A DNA stretch of 64,000 bases. It comes from Candidatus Poribacteria bacterium. Lineage in GTDB: Bacteria > Poribacteria > WGA-4E > PCPOR2b. The notes under the pieces were generated by a model. It was not told where the DNA came from. It was given only the letters and a program-made list of their open reading frames with translations, and ran no database searches. Shown here in pieces: positions 11,367-22,240 of this stretch (its first letter is position 1; the number at the start of each line of letters is the position of its first letter). Location: assembly GCA_965218095.1 (NCBI GenBank), contig OZ244587.1, positions 5,472,001 to 5,536,000 on the forward strand, in the 5' to 3' direction. The position numbers were made by a program, and so were the translations under genes.

Positions 11367-12908
11367 TCATTTGCACGGCGGGAACATCGGACGATATTTT
11401 GCAGCCGGCGACATGGCGATGATCTGGTCACCTCGCCAGTCGATGGTATAGTTTTCAAAGCAGATACTCTCCACCGTCCGTGCTTCGCGCAACGGAAAGG
11501 TGATGACGCTCGATGAGGGAGTTTGATCGCCGGCAAGGAGCAGATACGCCCCGATGAACGTCTTGGAAGCTTCAGCGGCGTTTACTTTCAGGCGAACGTT
11601 TTTCTTCTCCACCCAGGACGGGATACGCACCAGCAGATTGCGTCCACTCCGGTTTTCGATCTCAAGGCGCCCCTCTCTCGAAAGATGGCTGGTAACGCGC
11701 ACACCTTCCGCCTCGTGGCTCAACAGCAGGTTGACGCGCAGTCCGGCGTTATCTGAGGTAATAATAGACCACAGGGCTTCGCATATCCCATCCACAGCGC
11801 CAGACGTAATATCATACGTTGCAATGGTGGCATCTCGATGCAAGAGATAATCATTGGGCGTCGGAAAACTGAAGCCGCCGCGGAGACGTGAGGCTCGGCG
11901 ATGGCGGCTGTCATCCGTCTCATCGGGTTCATCGGGCAAGTCATCCACATCGATAACCTGTGAGGGGAGCAGATGCCCGCGGAGGATACGTTCTGCGTCC
12001 TCGAAGTATTTGGGCCATCCAGCGTGGCCCAAGAGCAGCGCGGCGCGCAGCAGGTCACCAGTGTTGTTGGACTCGCCGCGGGGGTGAAATTTATGCAGCG
12101 ACTCCATCGACCAGCCGAAACTGCTGTTAAAGCGCGGGCAGCCCACATCATAGATGGCTTTGACTTGCTCCAGCAGGTTGGCGTCGTTGGCGACACACGC
12201 GAAATCCAGCATTCCGGCGACCATGGCGTTGAGGGAGTGGCCATGGGTGCCGGCTTCCTCTTTAACCCTTCCTTCGGGTGTAAAACAGTGTTTCAGCGCA
12301 TAGGAAGTCATGAGTCCTGCCAACTCCAGGGCAACCTCGTCCCCGGTGACGCGATAGTTCCGAACAAGCGCATCGACTGCACGCCCCTCCTGCGATGGCT
12401 GGTGGTTGTAGTCCGAAACATAAGAAGGGAGCCGGCCGAGATGAATGGTACCGTCATCGTCCAGCGCGAAGCGGACGGCGCGAATCATCCGCCGACTCCA
12501 CTCCCGCGCACGCTCGTCACCGCGACGGATGAGAGCAGTCAGGGCGTGCATGGATTCCCGTATGTTGTGGAGATGGACGAAACGCTCGCCTGTTTTATCG
12601 TCCGCCATCCCCGGCAGATTATCTGCCTCATCGAACAGTGCCATCTGAAGGTCCGCGAGATCATTCCAGATGGCTTTGTCAATACTTTCCCCTGTGACTT
12701 GCTCTGCCATGCCGATGGCGTGAATGGCTCGGGCGACGTCGTGACACCAATCCCACGCGCCGGCATGACCAAACGGCTTCAACTGCCCTTCCGCAAAGCC
12801 GATAGACCAGTAAGGCATGTATTTTTTCGTTGGGTCGAGCCCGCCCACGAGCGAGTTCAGTCCTAGTCGGATGTGATACAAAATATCTACCGGTTCCAGA
12901 TGCTGCAT
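11367..12908 (-). CDS. Hypothetical protein, possible (alpha/alpha)6 glycoside hydrolase (GH127-like)
   Basis: 513-aa ORF; HGHS, ESNNTGDLL..ALLL, AERILRGHLLPSQ, C-terminal LLVRIPSW beta region. Confidence 0.55.
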   Translation of the reverse strand: MQHLEPVDILYHIRLGLNSLVGGLDPTKKYMPYWSIGFAEGQLKPFGHAGAWDWCHDVARAIHAIGMAEQVTGESIDKAIWNDLADLQMALFDEADNLPGMADDKTGERFVHLHNIRESMHALTALIRRGDERAREWSRRMIRAVRFALDDDGTIHLGRLPSYVSDYNHQPSQEGRAVDALVRNYRVTGDEVALELAGLMTSYALKHCFTPEGRVKEEAGTHGHSLNAMVAGMLDFACVANDANLLEQVKAIYDVGCPRFNSSFGWSMESLHKFHPRGESNNTGDLLRAALLLGHAGWPKYFEDAERILRGHLLPSQVIDVDDLPDEPDETDDSRHRRASRLRGGFSFPTPNDYLLHRDATIATYDITSGAVDGICEALWSIITSDNAGLRVNLLLSHEAEGVRVTSHLSREGRLEIENRSGRNLLVRIPSWVEKKNVRLKVNAAEASKTFIGAYLLLAGDQTPSSSVITFPLREARTVESICFENYTIDWRGDQIIAMSPAAKYRPMFPPCK

Positions 12909-13197
12909 CTGTTTGCTCCTTTTTGAAATGTATTCTTAACCCGAGTTGCTACCTATAAGCAGATGATGCAGGTAAGAAGACTGGGAATCCAATTTATAGC
13001 ACAGATCAACGGAATTAACGGATTAAATATGCGATATATCCGTTAATTCGCATTATCCGTGCTATACGGCATCTCCCTACTCTCGTCAATATAGGTATAG
13101 GGTTATTCTTATGTTCGATTCAGCTTTCTCCATCCTCTTGAGCGCTGCATCTTGATGTGAGAAAATCTGTAGAGGGGAGGAGAGACCTTTCTGTGCT

Positions 13198-13755
13198 TTA
13201 TACAACATGTGAGTGGACTGGTAAACTATCATGGCTATGCTTCATGATGCTGTGGTAATGTTCGCCGGCTTCTTCGACGGGGTCAATATGAATGACTGCC
13301 CTGGAAAGATAACTCACACGACTTGGAAGGTTATTGATAAAGGGATACCCTAACATACCATCAACTTGACCCTGTGCGACGCGACAGAGGTCGGAACAAT
13401 CTCTAACAGATATGAATTGACGCCTCAATCGCACCGCTTCTACGGCAAGTTCAACAATGGTGATGTGAGCATGCTTGTTAACAAAATCTAAGTGTCTCAG
13501 TTGTAGCCTCTAGGCAACTTCAGGCGAAATCCAATTGCCTCCACACCCCGTATCAAGTACGAATAGAAACGGAACTTCTCCGTTAATTTTGACAGGCACA
13601 CACAACAGCCCATTGGGACGAATGTCGAGTTTAACTTCGTAGCTATTTCGATGTGTGATCATCTTTTTCCCTACAAATTCTGGAATGTGTACTATCACTA
13701 AATGTTTGGTACGTTTTGGACACATGCACCCTGCGACATGGTATATGATGCGCAA
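13198..13755 (-). pseudogene. Retropepsin-like aspartyl protease with in-frame stop
   Basis: VPVKINGEVPFLFVLDTG and downstream DGMLGYPF in the same frame; TAG at 13510-13512. Confidence 0.7.
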
Positions 13756-13812
13756 AACGTGATGCGTGATATTCTTCCCGGTTAACAGCGCAGTTCCATT
13801 TCTGACGCGTTC

Positions 13813-14841
13813 TTAATCCCGTGGCAAGGGCAAGTGAACCTTCGCGCTGTCGCGCGATTGGGAGAGCAGCGCCCCTAACATGATCTCTAACGTGTTTCGG
13901 GCGCGGCGTGGAGGTGAACTGCTCGGTGCGTCGTTCCAAACCATTTGGGCAAGCTCTCGGACAGGATAAATCAAACTCTCGCCAAGGAAGTCCCCGTAGG
14001 TATCGCCCTGCGGGGCAGGTGCCTCCGTAGCGGTTCCTTCGGGTTGGTCTGTCTTCCAGGCTTCGCAGCGGGTATCGTTCAGCCGGAAGCGACCAGTCGG
14101 TCCCTGAAGGTCGAATTCGCAGCCTGCGGGCGTCATTTTGGCGCTGTTGACGATGCCGCGCACCCCGTTGGCGAACTCAATGATAATCGACGACGCCGGA
14201 TCGAGGGCTGGGTCTTTTCCCCCTTCTCCCTTGTATTCCGTGCCATAGTCTTCAAAACCCTGCTCGTGTGCGGCGATTACCCAGACCGGGTCGACGTCGG
14301 CAAAGTAGCAGACCCCATCAATAAGATGGGTGCCATTACGAAAAAGCATCGACCGACGCCCGCCCATGTGGGCGACAATGCGAGTGAGCCCGCCAATTTC
14401 GCCCTCCCGAACCGCTTTTCGCACCGCTTGGTACAGCGGCAACCAACTCCGGGTGTGGTCGACCGACATTTTGGTGCCATTCCGCTCGACCGTCTTGATG
14501 ATTCGGTCAGCGGCGTTGAGGTTAATAGTCAACGGTTTCTCACAGAAAACACCTTTGACCCCGGCGTCCGATGCATCACACACTGGATTGGTGTGATAAT
14601 CGTCCGGCGTCGCCACGCTGACGACGTCCAGGTTCTCCTTTTCGAGCATGGCGTGGTAGTCGGTGTATTCCCGGACGGAGCCGCGTGTGACCCGCGACCG
14701 CTCGAAGAAGTTGTTGAGGACATCGGGTTTCAGATCACAGACTGCGACGATCTCAAATTCGGGGGCGTTGACGTAGGCATATCCATGATTCGCTCCCAAG
14801 CCGCAGCCAATAACACCTGCACGTAATTTTTCGTTTGGCAT
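13813..14841 (-). CDS. Gfo/Idh/MocA oxidoreductase
   Basis: GVIGCG, LDVVSVATPD, VFCEKP, GTHLID. Confidence 0.9.
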   Translation of the reverse strand: MPNEKLRAGVIGCGLGANHGYAYVNAPEFEIVAVCDLKPDVLNNFFERSRVTRGSVREYTDYHAMLEKENLDVVSVATPDDYHTNPVCDASDAGVKGVFCEKPLTINLNAADRIIKTVERNGTKMSVDHTRSWLPLYQAVRKAVREGEIGGLTRIVAHMGGRRSMLFRNGTHLIDGVCYFADVDPVWVIAAHEQGFEDYGTEYKGEGGKDPALDPASSIIIEFANGVRGIVNSAKMTPAGCEFDLQGPTGRFRLNDTRCEAWKTDQPEGTATEAPAPQGDTYGDFLGESLIYPVRELAQMVWNDAPSSSPPRRARNTLEIMLGALLSQSRDSAKVHLPLPRD

Positions 14842-15235
14842 TCGTTTACCTCATTATGTCGGTGAGATGGTCTTGAAGCCATTCACGTCTTATTTATATC
14901 TCGTGTCTTGCAGTTGGATTCAGGATTCAAGATGCAGACGCCATCAATCTGCTTGCTACCCGAACAGACGCTGTTCAGGACTCAATGCGTTCCACTATTG
15001 AGGACAATATCTTATATGCAGCAACACCTCTTGGACTTCGGCTTCAGCGAGAACTTCAAGGGGCAGGTTTTTGCTCATCAGCCACTCCAAATCTCACTCA
15101 CTCAAAACATATATCTCCCGCGGCAAATAACTTGACCAGCAGTTTCTCATAATGGTATAAAAGGTTTCCTCTGCCAATTCCTTGTCATCGGTTTTGATTC
15201 GGATCGCTGGCATTTTCATGTTTCCCCTCTACAAT

Positions 15236-16090
15236 TCAACCGCTAGGTTGAGGCAAGTCCGCTGGAAAGCCGTAGGGCAGGTCGGTGCGATCCGCAGGCA
15301 GGGGCCAGCTTTGCCCACCCAGGTTCTGGAATAACTCGTGGCAGCCGCAAAGCCACAAGAACATTTCCGACACCTTGATCGCGTCACGAAACTGCTCCAC
15401 ATACTCCCCGGCAGGCCCGGCGTATTTGGCCGTGGCAAAATCGAAATCTGGCTCGACGACCCAATCCCGCTTTGGTGGGGTCGTGCGCCAGTAGAAGTAC
15501 TTGAGCAGATTGCGGATGCCCGAAGCTGTTGATGGTCCCCGGCGATGCCAGATGTGGTAGATAGTCAGGAAGATAGAACCAGCGGGCGCGGTCGTGGGGA
15601 TGGCGCCCCGGATATTAGCCAGATGTCCCATGAATCTGGCTTTGTTCCGCACGAGATGCGTCCCCGGCACCATCTGCGTCGGCCCCATTTCAATCGGCGT
15701 ATCTTGGGGATAGTAGAAAACTTGCAGGAAGTTGAGTTCGTGCGTATAGTCATAGTTGCCATCCACATGCCAACCACCGACTGTCTGGATCGGGCACTGC
15801 ACGCGATGATTGCTCATCAGTATCGGCAGGTGGAAATCAGCACCCAGAAGCGAGCACACGGCGCCGGCGGCGGCCGGATTGACAATCACATTTTCGACAA
15901 ACCAATCTTCCCCCAGAATCCCACTCGGCTCGGTATAAGAGTGTTCGTCGCAGTATGCCATCGTCCTGCGATTTACGTCATCGGGGACAACGCCCTCAAG
16001 CATCAGATAGCCGTTCTTGCAGAACTCCAGCACCTGCGTATCCGTCAGGGTCGGTTCACAATCGTAGGTTTTCTGCTCCGATATTCGCAT
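15236..16090 (-). CDS. Phytanoyl-CoA dioxygenase (PhyH) family
   Basis: WHVDG, GPTQMVPGTH, IWHRR. Confidence 0.85.
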   Translation of the reverse strand: MRISEQKTYDCEPTLTDTQVLEFCKNGYLMLEGVVPDDVNRRTMAYCDEHSYTEPSGILGEDWFVENVIVNPAAAGAVCSLLGADFHLPILMSNHRVQCPIQTVGGWHVDGNYDYTHELNFLQVFYYPQDTPIEMGPTQMVPGTHLVRNKARFMGHLANIRGAIPTTAPAGSIFLTIYHIWHRRGPSTASGIRNLLKYFYWRTTPPKRDWVVEPDFDFATAKYAGPAGEYVEQFRDAIKVSEMFLWLCGCHELFQNLGGQSWPLPADRTDLPYGFPADLPQPSG

Positions 16091-16093
16091 GGT

Positions 16094-16465
16094 TTACCTC
16101 CATCGTTCCAGAATGAATTCAAAACCAAGTCCGTAAAACTCTTTTTTGTCCACAGTAAGCAGCGCCATGTTGGGGAAAGAGATAATCCGCCACCCCTCCC
16201 GGACGGCATCCAACACGGTCTGGTAGGGCCAGTCATCGGGGTCAGGCGGCCCTTCGGAGAGCTCACCGTCCTCAATCAAGAGCATACCCACCACCGGCGA
16301 TTCGGGGGAAGTGCTTCTCGCTTGCAGATAAAGAATATCCTGCCGTTGATGACCGTTTTGTCCCACGATGTCCGTGATTCCTTGGCGGAGTCGGTCTGCT
16401 GTCAACGCGCCGCGCTGTAGTTTCACCGTCAGTGCTTCCATTATTTCTTTCTGCGCTTCAGTCAT
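16094..16465 (-). CDS. Hypothetical protein, cotranscribed with PhyH
   Basis: 123-aa ORF with SD-like GGGAG; ends 3 nt before the PhyH start. Confidence 0.7.
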   Translation of the reverse strand: MTEAQKEIMEALTVKLQRGALTADRLRQGITDIVGQNGHQRQDILYLQARSTSPESPVVGMLLIEDGELSEGPPDPDDWPYQTVLDAVREGWRIISFPNMALLTVDKKEFYGLGFEFILERWR

Positions 16466-16586
16466 TCAGCTTCTCCCTTCCTTGAAATTGCGGTTCATTG
16501 AACTTGAGTGTGATTATGGTAGCCTCTACACTCCACAGTTGCGGTTGGAAGTGTTGAAAGATTCAACTCATCTCACGCAATACGCT

Positions 16587-18077
16587 TCACGTTTCACACT
16601 TTTCCAAAAATGTCTGCGCCGCCTTGAGTGCGTCTTCAGGTGTGTGGATTTTTCCTTCAAACTGAAGGTCTTCGATATGCTTCAGGATGCGTCCGATCTT
16701 GACACCGGGCGCCAACCCAAACCTTCGCATGATGTCATTCCCAGTGATTAACCTGCCGCGAGTCATCATTGGACGGATCTCTTGGTAATAGAGATCCGCG
16801 ATCCGCCTCATCAGCGCTTCCGTTTTCGACGCATCAGCCGGTTGGCGCAGGGTTCCCTGCGAGGCTCGCAGGACTGCGTATGATAGCAGGAGAACGCCCA
16901 ACCAATCATCACCTGTGTTTCTCAAAAAGCGGATCATCGCCTGTCGCACTGGTCCACCAGCGTTGGTCATCAGATACAGGTGATTCTGCACGAGGCAGTT
17001 CATCAGCTTTGCGACCTTCCCGCCCAGGCGCAGACGATTCGTAATTTCGACAGCCATCTCCGCCCCTACCTTTTCATGACCGATAAACCGCGTATTTCCT
17101 TGAGAGTTGACCGTTTTTGTTGCTGGCTTCGCCATATCGTGCAGCAACAAAGCCAGTTTGATAATCTGCCATCGTCGCTTATCGTAGATTAGATGTTCGC
17201 GCAGGTATTCCTTAATTTCCTGGTGGTACGGTTGCCAGGTATCCGGTATCGGTTTCGCCTCAAACATTTCGAGAGCGAGCAGAGAATGTCCCCAGACATC
17301 AAGGTGATGATAATCGTTCTGCTGAACACCACGCATTTCCTCAATTTCCGGGATGATTTGCGAGAGGAGGCGGATCTCGTCCATTTGGCGCAGGTAGATT
17401 GTCGCGTTTTTAACATCTAAGATTTTGACGAATTCATCGCGGATGCGTTCAGGCGCAATCCCGTTACGTGGGATTTCACTTCGTTCAACTTGCGACAACC
17501 GATCTTTATGCTGTTGGATGAGACTGATTGTTGCTTCGGGTATCTCAAATCCCAATTGTGCGGCAAAGCGATATACCCGCAGCAATCGCAGCGGATCATC
17601 AAGAACAACCTGCTCACCCGGAAAACGGAGGGTTCGGGCTTCCAGGTCGCGATAACCGTTGCACGGATCGATTAGATTCACCCTTGGCTGTGTCAAGAGC
17701 GATGAAAGGTCGAGCGCAATTGCGTTGATGGTGAGATCGCGCAGGCGCAGGTCTGCTTCCAAAGTCTCAGCGCGGAATTGGGCAAAATCCAAGCTAAGTT
17801 GCGTCTCTCGAATCACGATTCGTGCTGTTGGCGGTTGTTCTTCTAGCTTTACAAAAGCCTCGCCGATCCGGTCCGCAAACGTTTTGGCGAAGGCAACTGT
17901 ATCGCCATCAAGGGCGAAATCGAGATCTGTGACCGCCCGATTGAGCAGTACATCCCGGACGGAGCCACCGACGAGGTAGAGTTGGACGTCCTGCTCATCT
18001 GCAAATGCATGGAGTTGGTGGATGAGGTGTGGGTCCGGTAGATTTTTGCGTAAGGTTGTGCTTGGAATGGATTGCAT
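16587..18077 (-). CDS. cca: CCA-adding/poly(A) polymerase class II nucleotidyltransferase with HD domain
   Basis: LYLVGGSVRD..DLD, RDLTINAIA, DDPLRLLR, ERIRDE, HHLDVWGHS, LLHD. Confidence 0.88.
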   Translation of the reverse strand: MQSIPSTTLRKNLPDPHLIHQLHAFADEQDVQLYLVGGSVRDVLLNRAVTDLDFALDGDTVAFAKTFADRIGEAFVKLEEQPPTARIVIRETQLSLDFAQFRAETLEADLRLRDLTINAIALDLSSLLTQPRVNLIDPCNGYRDLEARTLRFPGEQVVLDDPLRLLRVYRFAAQLGFEIPEATISLIQQHKDRLSQVERSEIPRNGIAPERIRDEFVKILDVKNATIYLRQMDEIRLLSQIIPEIEEMRGVQQNDYHHLDVWGHSLLALEMFEAKPIPDTWQPYHQEIKEYLREHLIYDKRRWQIIKLALLLHDMAKPATKTVNSQGNTRFIGHEKVGAEMAVEITNRLRLGGKVAKLMNCLVQNHLYLMTNAGGPVRQAMIRFLRNTGDDWLGVLLLSYAVLRASQGTLRQPADASKTEALMRRIADLYYQEIRPMMTRGRLITGNDIMRRFGLAPGVKIGRILKHIEDLQFEGKIHTPEDALKAAQTFLEKCET

Positions 18078-18187
18078 GGAGATTGAAACAGCCTCTGCCT
18101 ATTTTGATATAGTTTAACACAAACCCCTATCCCATTCAATTCAAAAGTGACCAGCTTTGTCACGCTTTGGCCGCTATGTGTTACATC

Positions 18188-18222
18188 AAAAAAGCCCGGT
18201 GGAAAATATCCCTACCGGGCTG
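18188..18222 (-). terminator. Intrinsic terminator-like hairpin
   Basis: Minus strand AGCCCGGT..loop..ACCGGGCT followed by a T run. Confidence 0.7.
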
Positions 18223-18495
18223 TTCGGCGTTCAGTTTTCTTTGTGCAAGTACGGTGGGCTTGCGATCCGTATGCCAGCAGCAAGTGGAGCGAAACGAAAT
18301 CCCACGAAGCGGGGCTCTGCCGCCCTCTTAGGGTTCGGTCCGATTCTCGGATGAGAACGGGAGCCTCACCCTTGCTCCTGCCGGTTCATATCAGTACCTC
18401 CATTTGATGTAGTTGTCGCTCTTACGGCAGGTTAAGCATGTAGGCGACCCAATCAACTTCTGAGTTGAGGCGCTTTTAACTGCACTCTTCCTTGT

Positions 18496-19650
18496 TCACG
18501 ACCTTTTCCATTGCGCCATCTGCTCCATGTACCGCTCCCTGCCCCACAGGTCTTTCTTGTAGTGCCAGCGCCACTTCTCTGGGTACATCACAAGGCTTCG
18601 GTCCTCAATGGGAAACTTAACCGCTGCATGACCCCGTCGATGAGATTTTCTCAACCCAATCGCAATCTCCAACGCATGGCGGAGATCGTCCCCGGTGGTC
18701 ACGTTGAGCGTTACGCCCTTTTCCAGTGTATCGACAATTGCCTGGACAATCCCCATCATCGTGTCCCCCGGATACAGCCAGCCCTCGTCATCATAGCCTC
18801 TTTCGTCGACGCTGTAATCCTGAAACAGGCCCTTGACCTCCTGCAGATCTGCAGGTCCCCGCCGGTCGGCGCCGTCCGCTACCTTCCAGAGGTGGAGGCC
18901 GAGACCGGTGTTGTTCCAGTTATAGAGCACCCCGCGGGAACCTATGACTTCGATTCCCTTCCACCCGATGTCTTTGAAGTTACTGAAACACTCTATACCA
19001 TTGGAGAAGCGGATATAACCGCCGATTTTTCCAAATCCGGTATCGCCTTCGTTGTAGGGCTCTTCGTAGTCGCTAAAGGGGTCTCCGTCTACCCATCCCA
19101 TGACCCAATCGACATCCGCTTTATTTGCGAACTTGCGAGCCAAGTTTAGCCCGTGGCAACCGCCCTGATTATTCTTCCCATAGAGATTGATTCTCTGGAC
19201 TTCACCTATCTCACCCGACGCGACCAACTCGTAGGCTTTCTGGTAATCTAGATGGCTTGAGATAACAACCCCGGCGGCGAGGTGAACTCCCCTGGAGTGG
19301 CACGCCTCCACCATACGATCGGCGTCTTCCAAGCTGGCAGTGAGAGGCTTCTCGCAGAAGATTGCCTTCACGCCGGCTTCGGCTGAAGCTACCACGGCAT
19401 CGGCATTTGGTCTGACCGGCAGGACGGGCATAGCGATGTCGATCTGCTCGTTGTTGAACATCTCCTCGTAGTTATTGTATCCGGGAACGTTGAAGCGTTG
19501 GCAACCCAACTCTAGGTTCTCCGGGTCGGTGTCAGCAATGGCGACGACCTCGCACAGCGGGTGAAGGTCGAAGGCTCGGGCGCGGGTAGTCCCCGCTCTC
19601 CCACAGCCAATGATGCCAACTCGGTATTTGGGCTTTGTGGACTCGGTCAT
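18496..19650 (-). CDS. Gfo/Idh/MocA oxidoreductase
   Basis: GIIGCG, IFCEKP; SD GGAGGAG. Confidence 0.88.
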   Translation of the reverse strand: MTESTKPKYRVGIIGCGRAGTTRARAFDLHPLCEVVAIADTDPENLELGCQRFNVPGYNNYEEMFNNEQIDIAMPVLPVRPNADAVVASAEAGVKAIFCEKPLTASLEDADRMVEACHSRGVHLAAGVVISSHLDYQKAYELVASGEIGEVQRINLYGKNNQGGCHGLNLARKFANKADVDWVMGWVDGDPFSDYEEPYNEGDTGFGKIGGYIRFSNGIECFSNFKDIGWKGIEVIGSRGVLYNWNNTGLGLHLWKVADGADRRGPADLQEVKGLFQDYSVDERGYDDEGWLYPGDTMMGIVQAIVDTLEKGVTLNVTTGDDLRHALEIAIGLRKSHRRGHAAVKFPIEDRSLVMYPEKWRWHYKKDLWGRERYMEQMAQWKRS

Positions 19651-19899
19651 GTTTGCTCCTCCTCAAGTCGTATTCATAAAAGGCATTATTTCAATCTGAA
19701 ATTAGCTTTGTCACATTTGTTTTGACAAGTAGAGCAAGCAGCTTGCTCTACTCTAACCCTCATAATCTATTTCACGGTGTGTAATCGTCGTTGCTGAGGA
19801 CTCGCCGATTTTTTCAGGTGTTGTTATGTCTACCTCTCCTTCCTACGCGATGGTGGAAATTCCCCCTGACAGGTTTTTGAAACCTGTCAGGCCTGTGCC

Positions 19900-20802
19900 T
19901 CACTCATCTAACCCAAGCAGAGCAAGTGAATGGCGATGGATGATGCCTTCGATTTCGTCCTCCGGGATCTGCGGCATACTGGTACCTTCGGCGAATCGGT
20001 TGGCAGTGCGTAGCGCGTCAACCGTTTGCTCAATTGTGACAATCGGGAAATCGCTGCCGAAAAGCAGTTTGTGCATCACGCAATTTTCATGACAGAACGC
20101 GAGCGCCTGATATCCCCACCACGGACGTAACGACACGCCCCCGGAAACGTCGGCGAAGACATTCGGGTGTTTGCGTATCATCACCATCGCATCGGTGTAC
20201 CAAGGCAGTCCGATGTGAGCGAGAATGATTTTCAGATTTGGGAATTCGCGGGCCACAGGGTCGTACAGCAGCGGGTTCGCCCATTCCATCGGCGTATTGG
20301 CGATGACATGGTACGCTGCGTGCGTGAGGATGGGAAGCCCCAGTTCTTCCGCACGGCGATGCACCCGTCGCGCCCTGTCGCCGTTTGGGTCATAGTGTTG
20401 ATAGACCGGGCTCATCTTGATGCCTTTGAGCCCTAGATCGTTGACACATCGGTCGATCTCGTCCAGCGCATCCGGATCGTTCGGATCGACCGACATGAAT
20501 CCGATGATCTTGTCCGGGTGTGCCTTCGCGTAGGCCGAGATCTGGTCATTGGGAGTGTGCATTCCCAACGCGATGGAGTTGATGCCGAACACGATCGCGC
20601 GTGAAGTGGCCTCCATTGCATGCCAATGTTTTTCGGGCGTCACATGCAGGTCGATCCCGCGGTAACCGGTATGTTCCGCATCGAACACTTCGACGAATAC
20701 TTTCCCCCACTGCTTGCGGGTGGAAAGATGGGTATGTACGTCAATAATCATGATGAATTCTCCGACTTGGGCAGCCCTCGCCCCGATTTTTTTATTTGGC
20801 AA
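19900..20802 (-). CDS. Amidohydrolase_2 family metal-dependent hydrolase
   Basis: IIDVHTH, LAHIG, LLFGSDFP; true start may be ATG at 20751. Confidence 0.88.
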   Translation of the reverse strand: MPNKKIGARAAQVGEFIMIIDVHTHLSTRKQWGKVFVEVFDAEHTGYRGIDLHVTPEKHWHAMEATSRAIVFGINSIALGMHTPNDQISAYAKAHPDKIIGFMSVDPNDPDALDEIDRCVNDLGLKGIKMSPVYQHYDPNGDRARRVHRRAEELGLPILTHAAYHVIANTPMEWANPLLYDPVAREFPNLKIILAHIGLPWYTDAMVMIRKHPNVFADVSGGVSLRPWWGYQALAFCHENCVMHKLLFGSDFPIVTIEQTVDALRTANRFAEGTSMPQIPEDEIEGIIHRHSLALLGLDE

Positions 20803-21093
20803 TTAACATTTGCGCGTAGCAGAGAAGGGGTTTCGGCGGTAATCATAAAGTACATCTCCTCACTGCACGTCCCCAATATGATCGGGATCTAAAGCGACCT
20901 GAAGCTAAGTCAACGAAGGTCATGCCGTAAATTTCCTATGCCGACCTCCCCCAACTCCTCCTTCCCAAGGGGGAGTTAGAGGGGGTTGTATTATGGGAAA
21001 TTATTTTCTTATTTTCAATTAAGTCTAGTATAAGAGCCCTCCAGCGCCTTCCATACTTCACGAGAAAGATTTCAATACTTCACGAGAAAGATT

Positions 21094-22197
21094 TCAATCA
21101 AACACGACCAGCGACCGCGCCACATCCCCCTTCTCCAGCGCGTCAAAGCCATCGTTAATCTCCTCCAGCGACAGGCGCATGGAAATCATCTCATCCAGCA
21201 GCAGCCGCCCTTCCATGTACAGGTTCGCCAAGCGTGGAAAGTCAACGCGTGGCCGACTCATTCCGTAAGAGGTACGCACGATTTCGCGTTCCCCCATCAG
21301 GATGTGGAAGGGAAACGAGACTTCCTCCCCAAATGGGGTCTTGCCGAGAATCACAACCCGTGCGCCGGGGCGTGACGCTTCCAAAGTCTGCCGAATCGAG
21401 ATATTTTGGCCCGCCGCTTCGATGGCGTAGTCGGCGCCTCGTCCCTGTGTGAGGTCTCGCACAAATTCGATTGGGTCATCTTTTGTGCTGTTGACAATGT
21501 GCGTAGCGCCGAACTTCTCTGCCCACTCCAGCTTCAAGGGGTTAATGTCTACCCCCACGATGATCGACGCGCCCGATATCCGAGCCCCTTGAATCACACT
21601 GAGCCCCACCGCACCGCAGCCAATCACCACGACACTGGTTTCCGGTTTGATGCGGGCGGCGTGGATGGCTGCCCCATAGCCGGTCATGACGGCGCAGCCG
21701 AGCAGAGCAGCACAGTCGAGTGGAAAGTCTTTACGCAGCGGCACCGCCGCCTGTTCAGCAATCACATTGTACTCAGCGTGCGATGAGACGAGGCTATAGT
21801 AATGCACCGGCTTACCGTCGAGCGACATTCGCGTGGTGCCATCGAATAGCACACCTCTCGCGTTAGCGTCTCGCGCCACTTCGCAAAGGATGGGCTGACT
21901 GTGGTCACAGTAAAAGCAGTGGCCACAGTTTTGGCTCAACGAGCACACAACATGGTCGCCGACCTTGACGCGCGTGACACCTGGACCGACTGACTCCACA
22001 ACGCCAGCGGCCTCGTGGCCAATCACAGCAGGCAGGTTCACCGGCTGATAGCCGTGCATGGTCTCCCAGTCCGTGTGGCAGAGACCGCTGGCGGCGATCT
22101 TTACACGCACTTCGCCCGGACCGGGGTCAGCGATATCGATTTCCTCGACGGAGAGTTTTCCTGGCGTCGAGTACAGGATAGCTGCTTTCATCTTCAT
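21094..22197 (-). CDS. Zn-dependent alcohol dehydrogenase (class III-like)
   Basis: GLCHTD, GHEAAG, CGHCFYC...C, GCGAVG. Confidence 0.92.
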   Translation of the reverse strand: MKMKAAILYSTPGKLSVEEIDIADPGPGEVRVKIAASGLCHTDWETMHGYQPVNLPAVIGHEAAGVVESVGPGVTRVKVGDHVVCSLSQNCGHCFYCDHSQPILCEVARDANARGVLFDGTTRMSLDGKPVHYYSLVSSHAEYNVIAEQAAVPLRKDFPLDCAALLGCAVMTGYGAAIHAARIKPETSVVVIGCGAVGLSVIQGARISGASIIVGVDINPLKLEWAEKFGATHIVNSTKDDPIEFVRDLTQGRGADYAIEAAGQNISIRQTLEASRPGARVVILGKTPFGEEVSFPFHILMGEREIVRTSYGMSRPRVDFPRLANLYMEGRLLLDEMISMRLSLEEINDGFDALEKGDVARSLVVFD

Positions 22198-22240
22198 GGT
22201 GTTTGTCCTAACTAATGGCCCGTCAAATTCATCTGTTGAA

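Noticed and set aside
18300-18440. Firm 6S RNA, tmRNA or RNase P call
   Set aside because: Diagnostic termini and length do not fit; kept only as an unassigned structured candidate
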